Source: Basidiobolus meristosporus CBS 931.73
Taxonomy: Eukaryota > Fungi > Basidiobolomycota
DNA length: 64,000 nt
Assembly: GCA_002104905.1 (NCBI GenBank)
Contig: MCFE01000092.1
Span: 1-64,000 of the forward strand
Reading direction: 5' to 3'
Shown here: positions 33,452-47,998 of the stretch, in pieces
How positions within the stretch are numbered: the stretch's first letter is position 1
Layout: each line of letters begins with the position of its first letter
Made by a program: the position numbers and the translations under genes
Notes under the pieces: generated by a model
Databases searched by the model: none
What the model saw: only the letters and a program-made list of their open reading frames with translations
What the model was told of the DNA's origin: nothing

Positions 33452-36400
33452 CTATACACAACCGCTGTACAATTTCTCTTCCGGCCAGGTTAGCGTGAAA
33501 ATTGCGAGGATGCGGGACTCAGTGGGCCTGGGGACCCGTAGCGGAGCTCCTTTCTCAGGAACATCATTTCCTTCTCCGCTCTGTTGAGCCTAGATTTCAT
33601 ATCGATCTGATGGTTGAGGTCAGCGCTGGTACGGACAGAGGCGCCCTTATAGTCAGAATGGTCAGCCTGGTGGAATGCGGGTGGTTCGCCCTAAACGTTT
33701 ACCTACCTGGTCGGTACTAGGATCCCCGGCTTTCCGGTGAAAAGTCAGCGTCTCCTGCAGCGAACGTACGTGTGCTTGCAACATCTGACATTCCTCGGTT
33801 TTTTCCGCCAGATTGGCTTCCAGTCTAACCAGCTTGCTGCGCTTGTCCTGCTGCTCGAGTCGAAGGCTGTCTTTAAGCGTGCGTATCTGATTCTGAAAGG
33901 ATTTGGACATCTCTTTCTCGGACTGGAAGTCCACCTCTAGCTGACGTGTGGCCTGACGATTTCGATGGGTTACCTGTGAGTTACAAACAGATGAGGGGGG
34001 GGGGAAGGGGAACCACTACCGACCTCATTGAGCATGATTAGTTTGCGGCGTAACTCGTTGTTGTCTTGAACGAGCAGGTTCTTCTCTCGCGTGAGCGCCA
34101 TGATTTTGTTCATTTTGGTCTGGAGATCGTACTCTAGTTGGCAGATCTTCTCCGTGCTCATGGTGTACTCATCGTCCTTGACCTGGATAAGGTCCCGGAT
34201 CTTCGCCTCGAGGCTCTCCAACATCAGGTTTCTCTGTCGCAGGCTGCTGTTCTTTTCGTGGGCTTCTTGAAGTCTCCTTCGGAATTGCTGATTCTCCTGG
34301 GCCAACGCTTGTTTCTCGTGCTTTAGCTTCTCCAGCTCCTGGTGATCTTGTCGAACGCTTCGAACCTCTTGACGTGAGAGCTCGTGGAAGGCTGGCTGGC
34401 TTCGAGTCTCAAATGCTGACTGGCGACGCTGCAATTTGGGAGGCGCTTTGTTGAAGAGATCGGCGGCAGGGTTGCCTTCTATGAGGTTAGGTCCATTGGG
34501 TAGTTTACCCAAGGCTCCGCCTGATGAACTGGGTCTCGTACTTTGCAGCTGATGGATGATCTCCTGAACGTCCTCGATCAGGCCGGACTGATTGCGGATT
34601 AACGTCTTCAAGGAGGTGAACAATCGAGTGATCTGATCTCGATCGACTGGCTTGGCGCTACTGCGCGAGTCGTCCGAAAGCACCTCCGTGTTGCGAGTGG
34701 ATTCGGCCGAATCCGGCGAAAGTGTGACCTGGATCTCCGTTAGGAGTTGGAAGTCCGCCTCGAGCATGGCTTTGACTGCATGGATTTGTAGCAGCAATGC
34801 GTGGACCAAGTCTTGGCTTACTGCACCACCATCCTCGCTGGGCAACCTGTCCTGGTTTGCCGAAGCTGGCCCGCCCATGTCATCGCCAGTGGGTGTCCCG
34901 GCGTTTGGACCCATGGCCTTACGAGGGGTGCTGAGGAACTCCTTTCGCTCGTTGACCAACTCGCTGTTCTCATCCACCAGCCGATTCATCTCTTTGGCTA
35001 GTCTATCTCTGTCAGTCTTGAGTACCCGGCAGTCCTCCTGCAGACTCGTGTTCAGCTGGGAAAGCTTCATCATCTCGTCACGCATCTGATCGATGTCGGC
35101 GAATAGCGAGGCGAATCCCTCCGATTCGAGCGTAGAGTCTAGGGGATTCTTGGCTCCGGTGTATGGTTCATTCGAGAAAGATGGATAGGGGATCAATGAC
35201 TCTTGGTTCACGGAATCGCTTGGCGTGGGCGGAGCAATGCTTTGGCTCTGACGCCTACTGGCACTCTCTTTGCGGTCAAGCTCTTGCGACAATTGCTCCA
35301 CGTCGTACTCCAGTTTACGCGCGTAATTAATCAACTCCTGACGGTCACTCTCAAGGTGGTCGATCTGACGCTGGTAATTGTCCGCGTCCGTGACCGCACC
35401 GGACACGGCCTCCTGCTCGGTCTTGACATCGGTGTGCTCCACCAGGTCCGTCTCGGCCTGATTCTCGAGTTCGCTCGCGTAGCTCGCCCACAAATCTCGA
35501 TTGCTACCCATGTCGCTTAGTTGCAAGTGGAGGTTCTGGTTTTCGTTTTGGAGGTGCTCGTTGCTGATCACGATGTCGTCCCAGAGTCGGTTGAAGCGCT
35601 GCTCCTGGTCTGCTAGTCGTTGCTCGTAGATCTTCTGGATTCGGGCGAATGTGGGGGCATTGAGACTCCTGGACGCGTGCCTGGAGCCCGGACCGGCGGA
35701 TTTGGTGAGCTCCGTCTCCACCTCTTGAACCGAATTCCTCCAGAACTCCACTTTGCTGCGGAGCTCCTCGTTCACCTCCACCAACACATCGATCTCTTCC
35801 TCGAGCGTCCTTCTGTCCTCGTGAAGGCTGTCGATCCGCTCCGCCTCCTGTGACAAGACCTCATTCAGCTCCTCGATGGACTTCTGCAGGCTGTCGTAAT
35901 GCCGCTCGAGCGACTCGTGCTGCGCTTCCAACGCCTCGACCTCTGTCCGCAGGCTCTCCTCCTCCGCTCTTCTGTCTCGGATCTGGGTGGAGAAGAGTTC
36001 GGATTGCTCCGCGAGTTGGAGGGAGGTTTTCGAGTATTCTTCCCGGGCAGATTTCACCCGAGACTCCAGGGAGTTGGCGTCCGCCATGATCTCGGAGAGT
36101 TCCTTGGCCAGGCGGGATTTCTCCTCCACCGCTGCGGTCACCTTCTTATGGAACTGGTCAATCTCCTGGTTCAACTCGGTGCACTGCTGCCGCAAGGAAT
36201 CCCGTTTGTTGGTCAGCCTTTCAAGAACCGTCTCATTGGTCAGCTACATGGAAACAGTTGAGCGAACGATATCCAGGGGAGGAGGGGGTATGTGTGGTGG
36301 GACCATTGCTTACCTCGGAATAAACCGTCAGCTGCTTCTCCAACCGATCGCATCTGCTCCGGAGCTCGTCTCGCTCCTCCTCCAAGTCCAGATAGGCGAT

Positions 36401-37690
36401 CTCATTCTCCACCGCCCGGATCTCCAGGTCTTTCTTCTCCACCTCAAGGCTCTCGAGCCGATCCCTCGACTCCGAGAGCTGAACGGCCATTTTGTTGAGC
36501 GAGTTGCCGTGGGATCGGAGCTGACTCTTCGTGTCGTTCAACTGATCCTCTAGATCCCACTTCTCTCGTTCCAGGTTCTCGATCTCCTCCGCATGCTCCA
36601 CATCTCGACGTCTAAGGGATTTCTCAACCTTCTGTTCGAAGGATGTCTTCCACCGAAGTACCTCCTCCTCAAGGGACTTGACCGACTCCCGGAGCATCTG
36701 CTTCTCCGTGTCGACCTGAAGCAGGTAGGAATCCGACCTCACCTTGGCGTCGAGGGAGATCAACGCCTGGGTCAGCGCCTCCTGGAGCCAGGCCATCTCC
36801 TCTTTGCAGTGATCGATTTCTCGACGGGTGGCGAGTTGGTCCGCCTCGTATTTCTCCAGTATCCGGTCCCGCTGCTCCTGGACCGCGGCTATCTCCTCTC
36901 GGTAGCTGTACTCCCGTTTGTCGAAGGAGGTTTTCTGCTGGTGCTTCTCTTCCATTAAACGGTCCACCTCTCCCCTCAGTCCCTGAATCTCCTTGACCCA
37001 GGAGGGAGGGGCACCCTCCTCTACCCATGGATGCCCACTGGCTTGTGGGATGGGTGATAGGGACGGTGAGATGGAAGAAGGAGAAAGGACGGAAACTCCG
37101 GCCGAAGCATCCTCCTCTACCTCCTTGATCTACACGACAAATAAACCGTCACTTAATGGACCCGAGGGGGTGAGTGTGCATAACCACCGGGGCTAACACT
37201 TACCGAACTCTCCGTGGGCTGTCGAAAGGGGCCGGGGAACTTCCCGAAGTGAATAGTCCTGAAAGAAACGGTGCCGAACCCTTTAGTACCCCGGTTCACA
37301 ACATACATCTCCCCCATCTATCGACTCACCTTCTCCTCGGGAGCTTTTCCGTCTCGTACGTGGGGACATTCCGGAACCTAAGCTCGTCTAGGCTGGCGGA
37401 GGTCGCGAGGAAAGAAAAACGGGTTCAGTGTCTAGGTTGGTGTTGGAGCGGGGAGAGAGAGGGAAGGGGGAGGATCCTGGCTGCGGCGGGTGAGTGGGGT
37501 TGTGTGGAAGGAAAGGACTTTACATTTTGGAGGTAACCTGATTGGTTCCTGGCGAGGTTGGACCGGACAGAAATGCTTTGTTTGGGGTGAGTGGTCTCGT
37601 AGGGGCAGCCCGAGGGGCCGGTTCGTTGGTGGGATTTCGAAAGAGCCCCAGTAAGGTGCCAAGGCTTGTCCCGTCTTCTTCACCGCCCAT
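33452..37690 (-). CDS. Large multi-exon coiled-coil protein (>1000 aa), family unassigned; core exons ~37129-36314, 36243-34024, 33973-33707; terminal exons uncertain
   Basis: E/L/Q/R-rich heptad ORFs joined in frame by short GT-AG introns (36313-36244, 34023-33974). GC- and CpG-rich like the other host genes. Confidence 0.72.
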
Positions 37691-39039
37691 AGCGTCGGGA
37701 TGGTCGAGGAAGATACGAGTTGTCAAAGTCGAAAGTTAAGGGGTGGGGGTAAGTTTATGCGGGCGTGGGTATTTAAGGTGGAATTAGGTTGGTGGTGGGG
37801 GAAGGGAATTGGAGGTGAGCGCGGACCGAATGCTTACAGTCGAAGGGCGAGGTCGTGGTAGCAGTTGTTCAATCGCTGGTGGAGACAAAGTCGAGCCAAA
37901 AATATCAAAACCGACTTCTAAAGCTATAGAAGGCAAATGCATACACCAAGTCAAAGCCTCCAAAGGGCGAAATTGTGGACGCCACTAGAGAGGGGAATGG
38001 AAGTGGATGTGAAAGCGAATGTGAATGTGAATGCGAATGTGACCTACGGGTAATCGCTTAATGTGGGAAGAGTGTCACCAAATTCGGATGCGATCTGAGT
38101 CCAAATCCTCGCCCGTCTGGATCCCGGTGGTGGATCATTGTTTCCTGGACCCGCCGAAAAAAACCCACGAAAACAATGGCCCTCGCTGCACCCAAATCCG
38201 CATTGTTGTATGTCGAGTGAAAGATGCACCCTTCTTTCACTGAAACGGCCGGGTGCATATGCCGATTAATCTATTCATTGGCCCCGCTCAGTAATGGCCC
38301 ATCTCATCCCCAATTGGTGTAACAGTAGTGGATCCTCGGAACGATCTGGTTGTCAGGATCCTTGGGATAGGGTTTCGAATTGTTGCTTCATTGTTAGTTG
38401 ATGATGAAGAGGGTTGTTTCTATGTTTGATGGATGTCTGGTCAATGGGCGCCCAATTACTATCGATCTGCTTGTCAACCGAGGCCACATGTTTGGTTGAA
38501 GCAACTATCTTTCGATCCATCCTTAGAAGATGATCAACACATCACAATCCGTTTCAAACTGGTCCCCAGTGTGGAACAGTATTCTATTCTTGGAAAGTAA
38601 ATAAGGTAAGGCAGACAGGATATCTACAAATTGATCCGCCCATAGTGGAGATGGTCATCAGATTTTGGAGTTCTGTATTGCACCAATTGATTCTTGCACT
38701 GGGTGACTAGTTCAAGATAAAACTAATCAGTGCATTTCCCCATTGCTTCAGTTGCAAGCCAACTGACCTTGGCCCTCACCCCTACAACTCTATGCTTAGG
38801 TTATTATGGTATTTTTTGCTTTACCAAAGAGCCAAAATATACCATTTGTTCAACCCCACTGTACTACAGTCTATTAAAGTAACAAATGCCACCAGTAATA
38901 TAGCTGGTATGGTGAAGTCAAGGTATGGTATTGGGGATGCTCTTTGTAGATTATCTCACAAATAAATTAACTGGTTGGAGTAAGGTGTATTAATATACTA
39001 ATATACTGCTGAATACTTAGTGCATTCAAAATTGCTATA

Positions 39040-40230
39040 CTGATATATTAGTCTGCCAGGCCCTATGAAAGATAAGTTGGTCCCCCAGTTGGATCTAATC
39101 CTGACTGGCCATCAAGATTATGTCAAGATACATAGCATCAACTGAACATTGGAGTTCCTTTTCTACTTGACCAAGTCCCAGTGTTATTGAGGCATTTGAC
39201 AGTTCAATTGATATGAATTGTCTACTGTGAAAAAAAAACTTAGCAGTGTTTGGACAACCTCATAGTGGCCAACTACTTTTTCTCTATAAAGCCACTACCA
39301 ACCTGCCCAACATTATAATATTTTCTACCTCTCCATATGCACCCAAATCCTTGCACTGCAAATTTGCTCCTATTTATTGCACCCCCTTTTCCTGTAGGTA
39401 TATCATATTCAGTACAAGTAAAGAAACTATAGTCTCTTACTTACTTACCTTATCATACCCATACATTTGCTGCAATTGACATACTTCTAATACCTGGACT
39501 ACAAAGCATTTTGGTTTGATGCCTGCACAGTGGACATGTGCCCTGTATTGCTGGTAAAATAAACACAATCAAACCCTATGCAAAATCTCAAACTTGGAGT
39601 TCAGCCAATAATCTGCCCTATGAAAAATAATTTGATCCCACAGGTGGATCCAATCCAGATCAACCATCAGGATCCCATTTAGAGACCATCCTAATACCAG
39701 CAGCTTGGAATTAGTGACCCTCTTGACAATCTTATGATGGGATCATGATAGTGTTTTGCTAATTTTACTACCAAATAAAGAGATCAAACTTGACAAGATT
39801 TGATTGGTGCTGTGACAATAATTGCATAGTATTGTAGCGGTCTTTTAGCACTCTACAACTATTTTAAGTGGATCCAACCAGCCAGAACATCCAATTGCCT
39901 TATATGGCAAGAAACTTGACGGTATTTTGACGGCCTCACAGCAAGACTCTTATGGCACTATATCAGCAGTATGAAGGCCTACAGCTGGTTCTGTATAATG
40001 CTACCATACCAATTTACCAAATGGTATTTCCTTTTTCTACCTCACCTTGTGCAATTCATGTATTCCACTGTAGAATCACCCCTCTTTATTTGCTTATCCA
40101 CTACTACCTTAGGTATTCCACATATAGTTTGAATCAACAAAAACTATGGCCTCCTGCTTACTAACCCCTATAAACAAACACACCTGCCACAATTGACATA
40201 CTCTATCTCCGCAACTTTACAGCTTTTTAG
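39040..40230. repeat. Two decayed copies of a ~0.5-0.6 kb non-coding unit; a related segment lies at ~50870-51005
   Basis: GCCCTATGAAA.ATAA.TT...GGATC.AATCC at ~39059 and ~39615; GGATCCAATCTAGATCAGCCATC at ~50870. Confidence 0.4.
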
Positions 40231-40639
40231 TGTGATACTTGCAAAATTGCCATATACCTTGTACTGCTAATAACATATACATCTTGCAAACATATGCTTG
40301 GTTGTTGCCACTTCTGCCACAAACACCTCCTGAATATCTGCAAAGAGCTTCTTGGTATTTAGCAATATGTTCCTTCTCCCTACTGGATTCTAGTCCCCCT
40401 TATAGGTGCGCTCTGGCTTTTGTTTGTGTGACTTCTGTATTGAATGGTGTAGAAGTTGGCTTGTGACCAAGAGAAATCCGGCACACCTTGACAGAGTTTT
40501 CCTAATATGAATTAGTTGCTTGTTGCGCCCAACCCAACTTTGCATTACTTAACTGATTACCCATGCATTGGGGCTGCTTAGCTTCATAATGCCATAGGCA
40601 TAGGTATCTCCATGTGCACATTTGTCCTCAGTATTTCCC

Positions 40640-42780
40640 ACTCTTCCTAGCTTTCCTCCATGTGCCAACTCATCACATCCATGACAGACTTGAAGGTAAT
40701 ATTCTTGATGAGATTAGGATATGGTAGTACCTGCAACTTGACTTGTCTTCCTATCTCCCCACACATCACTCCATAGGAAACTCCCACAAGGTTAAGCAAG
40801 GCCCAATATTCTCCACACAGTGTGCAAGATGAGGTACATAATGGATACAGTAGCAGCATATATCTACATGTTCAGCTCTATGTTTGTAGTACAGCTGCTC
40901 AAATCCCATCACAAACTCTTTGCACAACAGCTGTAGATGTGTCAAGTTGGCATTGGTAATCAGCTTCTGGATAAATATTCCTATATTGTCTACATATAGC
41001 TCCCAATGCTTCCAATGTACTCTTGGTAGGAATGGCTTCAGAATGCCACTTATATAAATACATGTCCAGTTCATCCAGTCTTTGCATTTCTAATGTTACA
41101 AATGCATATGAATGCTGATTGGAGCCTGTTAGAAGTACTTAGGGTAGCAGATGATCTGTAATATCTTGCCAATTCATTCAAATTTCTCCAGTATCTCAAA
41201 GGGCTCATTTAGGTTGAAATGCCCCATGTATAACTTGGTCATCAATATAGGGATATTGTTGAGAAGCAAATGCATTGCTCCCAGTGGAAAGCTTTTGCTC
41301 CAACAGATACCCTTTATCTTAAGTATCTTGGGTTTCCAATTGATTCCATATTCTGGCCAATGGCTTTTAGCTTGCTAACTATGCTGCAATTGCATGCTGA
41401 CTTCTGGACATTCTCTCTGCAGAAAGATGATGTTCTAAGTGCTGGTGTTTGGGTAATAGTAATGTGTGAGAGTTATGGAGTATATCCCCTGGATCTCACA
41501 CATTTGACAGCAATACCATCTATTGTGCTCACAAACACCTGCTATCTTGCAGATTGCCAGGGTATCTCAAATTCAGATAATAATATGCACTTTTACATGA
41601 TGGCCATTTACTTTTATCCTGCTGGAAAGCATACAAAATTTATCTAGCAATGGATACAGGTAGCTATCCAGGTTGGACAGTGATTTAGGCCCCAATACCA
41701 GTGAGACTACCATCAGATTATTGCTCTGATATGGTAAGATGGGTGGCAGAATCAGATTGATGAGAATCAGTGGCCAGCAGGATTTGCTGGTAGAGTACTT
41801 GTTCAATGAGAATCTGTCAAATACTAAGGCAAAGGCATGATCATATATACCTTCCAAGTAGCCATTGTTCTTAGCTGTTTGTAACGTTTGCCATCAAATA
41901 TATTGGATATGTTTGTACTTAATTTGTACAAGTACAGTACTGTATAGCTTTGCAGTATTTGTTGGACTCCATCAGCTTCCTCAGACAGGGTATTACCAGA
42001 ATATATCCAGAGTGGGAACAATGTTTTCCTTCAATGGTGGTGGACTCCTGACAATATGAACATGTTGCAGTGGTAGCATTTTTGGATGTCAATGCTATGC
42101 AACTGTTAACACATGCTGGAATCAGGACAGTTTCTGGGTCATATGTTGCAAGCCAGATGATGGTTCTCCACTTGTACCATGTACATGGTAAGTTGCATCC
42201 CGGTTTGATTTTGGCAAGAAGTAGTAATAAATCCTCAAAGCCCCATTACAGATATTAGTGGAAACATGCCACTTCTCTAGCCACAACATTACATCATTCA
42301 CCAGTAGATGGATTACTGGACTCTTTTGGCTCCATAAAGTTTCCTTGGCATTTGTTTCAACAGGTGTTGTCTCATTGCATATAGGGATTTGACCAGGCTC
42401 ATATATGGTACTGTTGTTAGGGGCGATAGGCTCAAGATCCATCAGTTATCCTTCTTTGTCAGAGCTATCACTCTGCATGCCATATGCAGAAGGCTGAGGT
42501 GAGCCTAAAGGTATTAAAATTCACCTGACTCAGTTTGCGCAAGGTGACAAAGACAGCCAGGTGCTGAAATAGAAGTATCAACTGGCTGGCAAGATAATGT
42601 TGGTACAGTTGTGACCAATGAATGGTCAAATATGACTTGTGTGGCAAAACACTGGCCATGATCCTTGTAATACTTCCTATGCTGTCTGCGTGCTTTATGG
42701 CTGAGAGCCTTGCCACAATAGCCACATGGTCTTTTTTCTCTTCTCTTATGGCAATGAGTCAAAGTAGTCTTGTCCATGGG
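40640..42780 (-). pseudogene. CMC/CACTA-like (Tnp2/Transposase_21-type) transposase, decayed (copy 1)
   Basis: SCWPLILINLILPP...LGPKSLSNLDSYLYPLLD and FEQLYY...HYVPHL...GPCLTLWEFPME motifs; N-terminal PCGYC. Confidence 0.75.
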
Positions 42781-42999
42781 GCAAACAGTTTGACCTACAA
42801 CAATGTAACACTATTATATCACTTTTTGGACAATACTCATGTGAACTTAAGACAGTCTTGTATTTGAGACATTGCACCTACTTGAATGTAAGATTCAATG
42901 ATGACCTACCATAGTAAGCATTATAAATTAAGTTGTGGCACCACATACACATGTATAAGCAGCACTATTTCCCCTTTGGGTTAACTCACTTTCATATAT

Positions 43000-44424
43000 A
43001 TGCTGCCAAAAAATAAAGCAAAGTCATCTGGTTCTCAACCTAACCCCACTGCTGACAGCTACCAAAGCACAGTTGAACAACAACTTGCTTTGATATTCAG
43101 TGCAACAAGCAGGGCTACATCCAAAAGAGACCCTGTGGACAGTGTGCCCATTGAAGGTAATAATGTGGACTCCTCAGACTCTCAGTCAAGTAGGCAATTG
43201 AGAACCTCTGCAGAGCCACAAAATGACTGTTATGCTCAGGCAGATGAGAATGTAGCAAATACAGTACGCTCAGTTGAAGACCAGCAAGTGGCCATCACAA
43301 CATCATGACCACCCATATTAGCAAGTATGTTGTCAGCTCATACCAAAGCATTAATGAAGCAATTAGGTGCAGTGGCTGATAGGATAAATGCAATAGCCCA
43401 GAGAAATCAGGAAATAGTCCAGAAACAGGATGAGCAGATAATATGTGTAGCACAAACAATATCCCAGGTGGAGAATGCAGTATTTTTACTGCAAAGAAGG
43501 AACTCAAGTAGCTCAATGCCACAGCCAAGAATTGAGCCATTTTCAATCTAACTGCAGAGGAGCACCATACAGTCTTTGAAGCACAACAACAGTTCCCAAA
43601 GATAAGGCTACAAGCGTCAAAGAGACATCAGGTAGCTGGAAGAGTGCCAATTAGGGACAAGCAGGCAGACACAGATACACCAGCACAACATTTATCAAGG
43701 AAAGATCATGGTACCACTCAAGAAGCACTCAGTCAAAGTAGCAGTGAAGGACCTGGCAGTGATAAAGAAAAATGTAAATGGAAAAATGACTATCCAAGCC
43801 TGAGACAGGGTGGCATGCAAAAAAAACTGCAGTTCTTGCCAATTAACACCACAAGCTCTGAGCAGACTGAATTCAAGCATAGTCAAGATGAATTACCAAC
43901 AAGAAAACAGCTGTTTTCACAAGAGTCAGAAGTGCAGCCAGTTGAGCTATACTCTAGCAAGGTTAATGAGCTTGCAGAGAAAAGCAATTTGTCTACCACA
44001 GCCTCCACATCCTCCATTGTTGATAGAGTGGAGATCCCACTGATAGACAAGGCTACAATGTCAAGAGCTTGAAAGACATCACAATGCCTTCAGTGGAATT
44101 TGGAACATTAATAAGCACACCATGAGGTTGCAGCACTTCTTCAAGTGCAGTTCTCAAGAAAACATACTGAAATATTGCAAGGATTTATTTAAAGGACTGG
44201 AAGATCAGATGCCAGACCTTGGAGTGCTGGCTGAAGACCAGGACATGTGGAAACCAGTGAACAAACAATGGCATAAAGCCATTGGGTTGCTGCCAAAGTT
44301 GTGGAACCAGAGGATTACAGCAGAAGTCCTTTTTGAGTGGTGGATTTTAATGGAGTTACTTGCTGAGTGTGGGGTTGGGCTCAATGTTAGTGTAGGGTAT
44401 GGAGACTTGAATAGGTCAATATAA
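43000..44424 (+). pseudogene. Divergently oriented accessory ORF of the CMC-like element (copy 1), unknown function
   Basis: MLPKNKAKSSGSQP... continues across stops and a frameshift. A homolog sits in the same position relative to the transposase in copy 2. Confidence 0.6.
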
Positions 44425-45217
44425 TTGGCATTTGATCTACAATTGAGGTTTTGACAGAAATAAATCAATTTGTATGTATGAAGAGTAAGAGAAATGGTTG
44501 AGTCATCAAGTAAGGAGTGTAAAAAAGAGGCAATAGCCAATCAATGCACACAAACATAGGAGGTGATAGACTGTCTGGGGTCAGAGAGTGAGCAAATTGG
44601 CAGGGACCTAATCAAAAGCCACTTATATATTGTGGTGATGAAGAATCTTGACTTAGTTTTTTGTGGAATCTGGGGTGCAATTATTTTTCAACAGTCTCTG
44701 GATGGTGTCCTAATGGGATCAGCACCTCTTAGTCACAGGACTTTAACTTTGTGATGGCCCTTTGGTGGGATCAATATTATAATATCTCATAGGGATGCTG
44801 GTACTCTGCTGGTATTCTAGTAGTGCTCAACTGGCATTCAGCCTGTAGTCTCCTTCATATTCTCTATTACAACTCTTTATGCAAGTAGTAGGTAGCTGAA
44901 AGCTAGAATTAGTATCAATGCTAGTTGTCTTGGTGTTCTCTTGAAAAGAAAATCTGCTTGGCTGCCAAATAGCTAGTACTTGAGATATTGAGAGCTGGAA
45001 GCTCAGAGAAGAGTAGAATTCAGCTGGTATTATGATTGCATTCTGCCAGCCATTTTTTAAATTTTTTATAGGGAAACTCTGCTACTGATAACCCTCCTTT
45101 TCTATGACCATTCACACATCCTCATCTTAGATATTTACTAACACGTTGCTTTACTAGGCCAGTCCATTACTACTCCCTGCTTTATTCAGGCCCCTCTGAC
45201 AGGAATATTCTCTTCTC

Positions 45218-45700
45218 TGTTGTGTTGTATTATAATTAGTTTGGAGCTTATTGGGCAATGCAAAGGCTGATGAACAGTATACATCAGCTTACAGTATACT
45301 ATTACTGAAATAGTTTATTAAGAGTTTGATATACCAATAAAAGATGTAACTTTCACTAAAACCCTCAAAATTAAGCTCAAAATACACTATTGGTAGTGTT
45401 TCCAACTTCTACAGCAGAGTTCTGACCTTCTGTTGAGTAGTAGGCTGATTTACTGATATAGAAGCTTTTCCTTGTTTGGAAGTTATTTGCCTTTGTGAGA
45501 AAATACATACTGATATAGAAACTCTAGGCTCCCAGTTGACCCTAAGCTGTGGGTGTAGGGATCTCTAAAGGGGTGTCTTTAGAGTAAAAGGACTTCTTAT
45601 ATTGGTCTCTAAAGTAGACTTTACACTAAAGGGGCTTCTAAAGGGGGTGTCTTTAGAGTAAGGGGCTTCTCAGAGGGGACTTTTCCAACAGGATAGTATA
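45218..45700 (+). repeat. Truncated older G3 LTR, opposite orientation to the other two copies
   Basis: Starts TGTTGTGTTGTATT (reverse complement of the G3 end) and contains TAAAGGGG repeats. Confidence 0.75.
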
Positions 45701-45719
45701 CTTATAGTCAAAGAATCCT

Positions 45720-47410
45720 TGCAATTTTGAAGTGCATTTCTTGAGTGCTGCTCTTGAAGTAGTGCTACAACCTCTTGGTGTGCCTATCAATGTTCAAAAG
45801 CTCCACTGAAGGCATTGTGATAGTCTTTCAAGCTCTTGACATTGTAGCCTTGTCTATCAGTGGGATCTCCACTCTATCAACAATGGAGGATGTGGAGGCT
45901 GTGGTAGACAAATTGCTTTTCTCTGCAAGCTCATTAACCTTGCTAGAGTATAGCTCAACTGGCTGCACTTCTGACTCTTGTGAAAACAGCTGTTTTCTTG
46001 TTGGTAATTCATCTTGACTATGCTTGAATTCAGTCTGCTCAGAGCTTGTGGTGTTAATTGGCAAGAACTGCAGTTTTTTTTGCATGCCACCCTGTCTCAG
46101 GCTTGGGTAGACATTTTTCCCTTTACTTTTTTCTTTGTCACTGCCAGGTCCTTCACTGCTACTTTGACTGAGTGCTACTTGAGTGGTAGCATGATCTTTC
46201 CTTGATAAATGTTGTGCTAGTTTATCTGTGTCTGTGATAGTCTTTCAAGCTCTTAACATTGTAGCCTTGTCTATCAGTGGGATCTCCACTCTGTCAACAT
46301 TGGAGGATGTGGATGCTGTGGTTGTCAAGTTTCCTTTCTCTGCAAACTCATCTACCTTGCTGGATTGAAGCTAAACTGGCTACACTTCCAACCCTTGGGA
46401 AACAGTTGTCTTGCTGGTAATCATCTTCATTATTACAAGATTTAGCCTGTTCTGCATTGACAACTCAAGTTGTTGAGGGCTGCATCTTTGTTCTCACACT
46501 TCCCTGTTGCTGGCTTGGGTAGAATATTTCCCTTTACTTTCCCTTTATTACCACCTGATCTCTCACTGCTACTTTGACTGAGTTCTTCTTATATTGTCCC
46601 ACATTTTCTCCTTGGTAAATGCTACAGTGGTGCATCTCTTTCTGTCTGCTTGTCCCTCACTGGCACTTTCTGTCTACATGATGTTTCTTTGCTGCTTGCT
46701 TCAAGCATTTAGCCATGCTGGTGAGAGGCTACTGAAGAAGCCACTGGTCCTTATCAGTGCCAGTTTTTACACCACTATTTTGATTGAATGCTTATTGCAC
46801 TGAACTATATTCTGTGCTTGACAAATACTGCACTGATGAATTGGATTCTGCTGTCTTGTCTCTTATTGGCACTTTTCGGCAAACTGGCATGTCTTTGTGG
46901 GTTGTTTGTAGCTTACAGCCCTGCTTGTCACAAGCTCTTCAGGAAGATGCTGATTTTTAGACATGGTACCCTTGCTCCTCTGCCTTTGGTAGTTGCTGCT
47001 ATTCCAAAATAATCTCTTAGCATACCAATACTGGCCAAAATCAGCTTGCTTGCTTGAATCCAGGATAATGCTTATGGGACAGGTCAAGAGCATTTGGCTT
47101 GACCTTGAGTTCCTGATGGCCCAATGGTATCATCAAGTGAGGGTACTCTGTTTGCAATATTCTTGTCTGCCTGAGCATTTTGGTCAGCTTGTGGCTCCAC
47201 CGTGATACTCATTTGCCTACTTGACTGAGAGCCTGAGGAGTCCCCACTTTTACATTCAATGCGTACACTGTCAACATTTCCTATTTTGAATGTAGATATT
47301 CTTGCTGCTCTGAATGTCAAAGGAAGCTGTTGTCCAAACATACTTCTGCTGCTGTCAGCAGTGGGGTTTGGTGGGGAACCAGACAATTCTGCTTTATTAT
47401 TTGGCAGCAC
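45720..47410 (-). pseudogene. Accessory ORF of CMC-like copy 2 (inverted relative to copy 1), with internal ~400-bp duplication
   Basis: MLPNNKAELSGSPPNPTADS... homologous to 43000-. Segment 45830-46234 repeats 46235-46640. Confidence 0.6.
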
Positions 47411-47998
47411 ATATAAGCAAGTGATTCAAGCCAAAGGGGAAAGAGTATTATATACATGTGTATGAGGTGCCACAGACTTATTTATAATGCTAACCACAGT
47501 GGGTCATCATTGAATCTTATACTACTGTAGGTGGAATGGCTCAAATACAAGACTGCCTCAAAACCACAGGAGGATTGATAAAAAATTGATATATTGATGA
47601 ATGTCAAGCTGTTTGCCCTGTGGACAAAACTTCTTTGAGTCAATGCAGAAAATGAAGAGAAAAAAGACCATGTGGCTATTGTAGCAAGCCTGTCAGCCAT
47701 TAAGCATGCAGATGACACAGGAAGTATTACAAGTATCACAGCCAGTGTTTTACCACACAAGTAGTATTTGAGCACTCACTAGTTACTAATGTAATAACAA
47801 TATATTTCCAGCCAATTGAAACTTTCATAATTGTAAGTGCCTACACTAGCCACCTCATGTAAACTGATCCAGGTAAGCTTGTGATGCCTTTGGGCTCACC
47901 TCAGCCTTTTGAGTATGGCCAGCAGAGTGATAGCTCTGAAGAAGAAGTCTCATTGATGGAATGTGATCCTATATCCCTTCACATCAGTGCCCTGGATG

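Noticed and set aside
34138-37028. Many overlapping antisense and alternate-frame ORFs over the coiled-coil gene
   Set aside because: Expected shadow ORFs of GC-rich coding DNA; no motifs.
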